From: a virus | Lineage: Duplodnaviria > Caudoviricetes | Direction: 5' to 3' (one strand) | Virus record (IMG/VR): IMGVR_UViG_3300037631_002861 | Location: 1-25,733 of that record | DNA: 25,733 nucleotides | Part shown: piece by piece, positions 23,729 through 25,733 of the stretch | Position numbering within the stretch: position 1 is the first letter of the stretch | Layout of the letters: the number at the start of each line of letters is the position of its first letter | Translations under genes and position numbers: made by a program | Notes under the pieces: model-generated | What the model was told of the DNA's origin: nothing | Seen by the model: the letters and a program-made list of their open reading frames with translations, nothing else | Database searches by the model: none

Positions 23729-24022
23729 ATGTCTGAGTTTCCCAAAGACTGGAGATACGCTGATGATCGAATGCAAATGAGAGCAGCGGTTTTTCGTGCT
23801 CTTAGCCATCACTTAGAAGACCATTGTCGATCAGTGTATGAATTTTGTCATGACTGGGTGAGTCAAGGCAATCAAAATACAAACAACATTGAATTTTATT
23901 TTCAAAATTATTTGAAGGAGACAAAACGTGAAGATGTTTACAAACTTGAAAAGTGTCTTGAGCTCAATCCTAATTGGTACTTGCCTATCAGGGACGAGCC
24001 CGAGTCTGGCAAACCCACTTAA
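23729..24022 (+). CDS. Hypothetical protein (97 aa)
   Basis: ORF with DWRY.DDRMQMR and VYEFCHDWV. Confidence 0.7.
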   Translation: MSEFPKDWRYADDRMQMRAAVFRALSHHLEDHCRSVYEFCHDWVSQGNQNTNNIEFYFQNYLKETKREDVYKLEKCLELNPNWYLPIRDEPESGKPT

Positions 24023-24617
24023 AGATGGTGACTACAAGACAATGCATTCTATGGGATGTTTAATTGTTGGTGAGTGTACTGAAAATGTGAATCCTATTTG
24101 GGGTATTGATTATCTTGTAGAAGAGTATCCTCTATCAGATTATACAGCAGTAGCAGAAGAGTTCACACGTATGTTGAACGCTCTTACACTTATTGATGTG
24201 CAAGTATATCTTGCTGATGAAAAGTATTTTCCTCATGGACATCGTGGTGTCTATCATACAGTATCAAACAATTTCTATTTGAATGATGCTTACATGTATG
24301 ATCCTGCTACGCTTATGTCTGTTATCCGTCATGAAGGCTGGCACGCTGCACAAGATTGTATGGCAGGCACTATTGATAACAGTATGATTGCTCTTATCAT
24401 GCCTGAGGATACTGTCCCAATGTTGTGGCGTGAAATGGTTGAACGCACCTATCCTGAGTCAGCATGGCCCTGGGAGAAGGAAGCAACCTGGGCAGGTAAA
24501 ACAGAAGACATGACCATGAAAGCACTAGAAGCATGTGCTGGTGGTAATATGTGGGAAGTCTATGAACCCACTCCATTAACACGTAAGTATCTTGAGGATT
24601 ATGGTTACATCAAATAA
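23928..24617 (+). CDS. Putative secreted Zn metallopeptidase (HExxH)
   Basis: Signal-like N-terminus, RGVYH, IRHEGWHAAQDC and downstream WEKEA; AAGGAG RBS before the GTG. Confidence 0.7.
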   Translation: MKMFTNLKSVLSSILIGTCLSGTSPSLANPLKDGDYKTMHSMGCLIVGECTENVNPIWGIDYLVEEYPLSDYTAVAEEFTRMLNALTLIDVQVYLADEKYFPHGHRGVYHTVSNNFYLNDAYMYDPATLMSVIRHEGWHAAQDCMAGTIDNSMIALIMPEDTVPMLWREMVERTYPESAWPWEKEATWAGKTEDMTMKALEACAGGNMWEVYEPTPLTRKYLEDYGYIK

Positions 24618-24620
24618 ATA
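24614..24620 (+). promoter_or_regulatory. Late-promoter-like ATAAATA
   Basis: Overlaps a stop codon, 21 nt before the ATG at 24642. Confidence 0.55.
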
Positions 24621-24641
24621 GAGCCGCCTTACTCTTTACTC

Positions 24642-24932
24642 ATGGAATCAAATCCACAGAAGAAAGAGGAAGCCAAAAAGGAAAATAAATTTGAGTGGGC
24701 GGACGAGGGTGTATCAACTCTCGTCCGAGTTATTATTCTTGGATGGTCAGCAGCAATACTGACCCTTAATTATGTAACTGTTCCTGGTATTCCTCAGAAA
24801 AATATCGATCCTACTTTCATCGCTTCAGTATTCACTGGAACATTAGCAACATTCGGAGTCATGCCTTCTAAGAAGAAGGATGAATCAAAGCAAGCACCTA
24901 CATTGGAGAAGAAAGATGCAAAAGTTGATTAA
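24642..24932 (+). CDS. Small two-helix membrane protein
   Basis: Two hydrophobic segments (VRVIILGWSAAILTLNY; FIASVFTGTLATFGV) with charged termini. Confidence 0.8.
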   Translation: MESNPQKKEEAKKENKFEWADEGVSTLVRVIILGWSAAILTLNYVTVPGIPQKNIDPTFIASVFTGTLATFGVMPSKKKDESKQAPTLEKKDAKVD

Positions 24933-25185
24933 TGTAATTGCATTACTATCTGGTCTGACTTGTGCAAGTCTTATCGGTGGCGGTGTCTATGTCTACATGC
25001 AAAAAGATGCTCTCCTAGAGAGTGCTAAGGCAGCAGCAACAAAAGCAGCAACAGAAGCAGTCACTGAAGCTCTCCCTGGAATGATGGACGGACTTGTGCC
25101 AGAACTTCCTGGTGTTACTGGTGGTGATATTCCTAGTGTTGGTGGTGGAGTTCCTTCTATAAGTGGTCCTGCTCTACCTTTCTGA
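24916..25185 (+). CDS. Small membrane-anchored protein
   Basis: ATG 24916 (MQKLINVIALLS); N-terminal TM segment and a Gly/Pro-rich tail. Confidence 0.75.
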   Translation: MQKLINVIALLSGLTCASLIGGGVYVYMQKDALLESAKAAATKAATEAVTEALPGMMDGLVPELPGVTGGDIPSVGGGVPSISGPALPF

Positions 25186-25230
25186 GAATTTGCTGAAATT
25201 TGTTAAATAGATGTAGTCATTAATTAAATC

Positions 25231-25344
25231 ATGTCACAATCTACTTATAAGAAGCAAGCAAAGAAAGAAGCGACAGAAACATTTTTCCTGTATGTATTTT
25301 TCCATTCTATTTGGACAGGATTTTTTAAACTATTTGAAGACTGA
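25231..25344 (+). CDS. Small hypothetical protein (37 aa)
   Basis: Hand translation MSQSTYKKQAKKEATETFFLYVFFHSIWTGFFKLFED; preceded by TTAAATA (25203-25209) and TGATG-coupled to the next ORF. Confidence 0.65.
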   Translation: MSQSTYKKQAKKEATETFFLYVFFHSIWTGFFKLFED

Positions 25345-25733
25345 TGCCTGAGATACCTACCATTACAGGTATGGATATTGGTATTAAAGATATTGAAATT
25401 AATACTATATCTACCTATGACTTTAATAACTTTTCAACACCCCTACCATTACCAGCTCCAGTAGTTGTAAACATTGGTACTCCTGTAGTTAATATACCAG
25501 GATGTGTTGAAGCAACAGAAACTAACACGGCTAAAAATAATCAATTAAGACAGGATGATCCAAATGGTGTGGTTACGTTTTGCGATTCTGGCGTTCCCAA
25601 TTTTAATCCTCTTTCTTTTGAACCAAACCAGATGATACTGACGGGTCCACCTCAGGTGAACTCTCAGAAACCAGATAAACCCAAACCACCACAAGCAAAA
25701 ACAGATACATCACCACCTCCTTCACCAGCTACC
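25344..25733 (+). CDS. Pro-rich hypothetical protein, 3'-truncated by the window edge
   Basis: Open from ATG 25344 to the end (MPEIPTITG...IGTPVVNIPGCVEA...DDPNGVVTFCDSGVPNF). Confidence 0.75.
   Translation, partial: MPEIPTITGMDIGIKDIEINTISTYDFNNFSTPLPLPAPVVVNIGTPVVNIPGCVEATETNTAKNNQLRQDDPNGVVTFCDSGVPNFNPLSFEPNQMILTGPPQVNSQKPDKPKPPQAKTDTSPPPSPAT

Noticed and set aside
448-24582. Remaining short minus-strand and nested ORFs in the track
   Set aside because: All lie within well-supported + strand genes and show no recognisable motifs.
1-25733. CRISPR array, IS/transposase, integrase or rRNA
   Set aside because: No regularly spaced repeats, terminal inverted repeats, recombinase motifs or rRNA-like sequence were seen by eye.

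Overview
AT-rich, gene-dense segment of a T4-like marine cyanomyovirus, with every credible gene on the + strand. The host is probably Synechococcus, inferred from hli, petF, tRNAs and an NblA-like gene. From left to right: the 3' part of nrdA and a full nrdB (class Ia ribonucleotide reductase); a variable region with four 2OG-Fe(II) oxygenase-like genes, a late virion-type protein, an endonuclease II (DenA-like) gene, a secreted phage-tail-type lysozyme, three tRNAs (Arg-TCT, Asn-GTT, Gly-TCC) and many small ORFs; a ~11.2 kb, 15-gene translationally coupled nucleotide-sugar/glycosyltransferase operon; a photosynthesis cassette (two hli, petF); an outer-membrane beta-barrel; an HExxH peptidase and small membrane proteins. 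The best leads are: (i) a 57-aa NblA-like ORF missing from the ORF track; (ii) a glycan operon whose enzyme set suggests L-galactose transfer plus a non-canonical heptose-like pathway; (iii) structured RNA elements, including a clear pseudoknot upstream of the epimerase and a non-tRNA element inside the tRNA cluster; (iv) sigma70 promoters repeatedly built into terminator hairpins or coding sequence. All functional calls come from reading motifs by eye; no database search was run.
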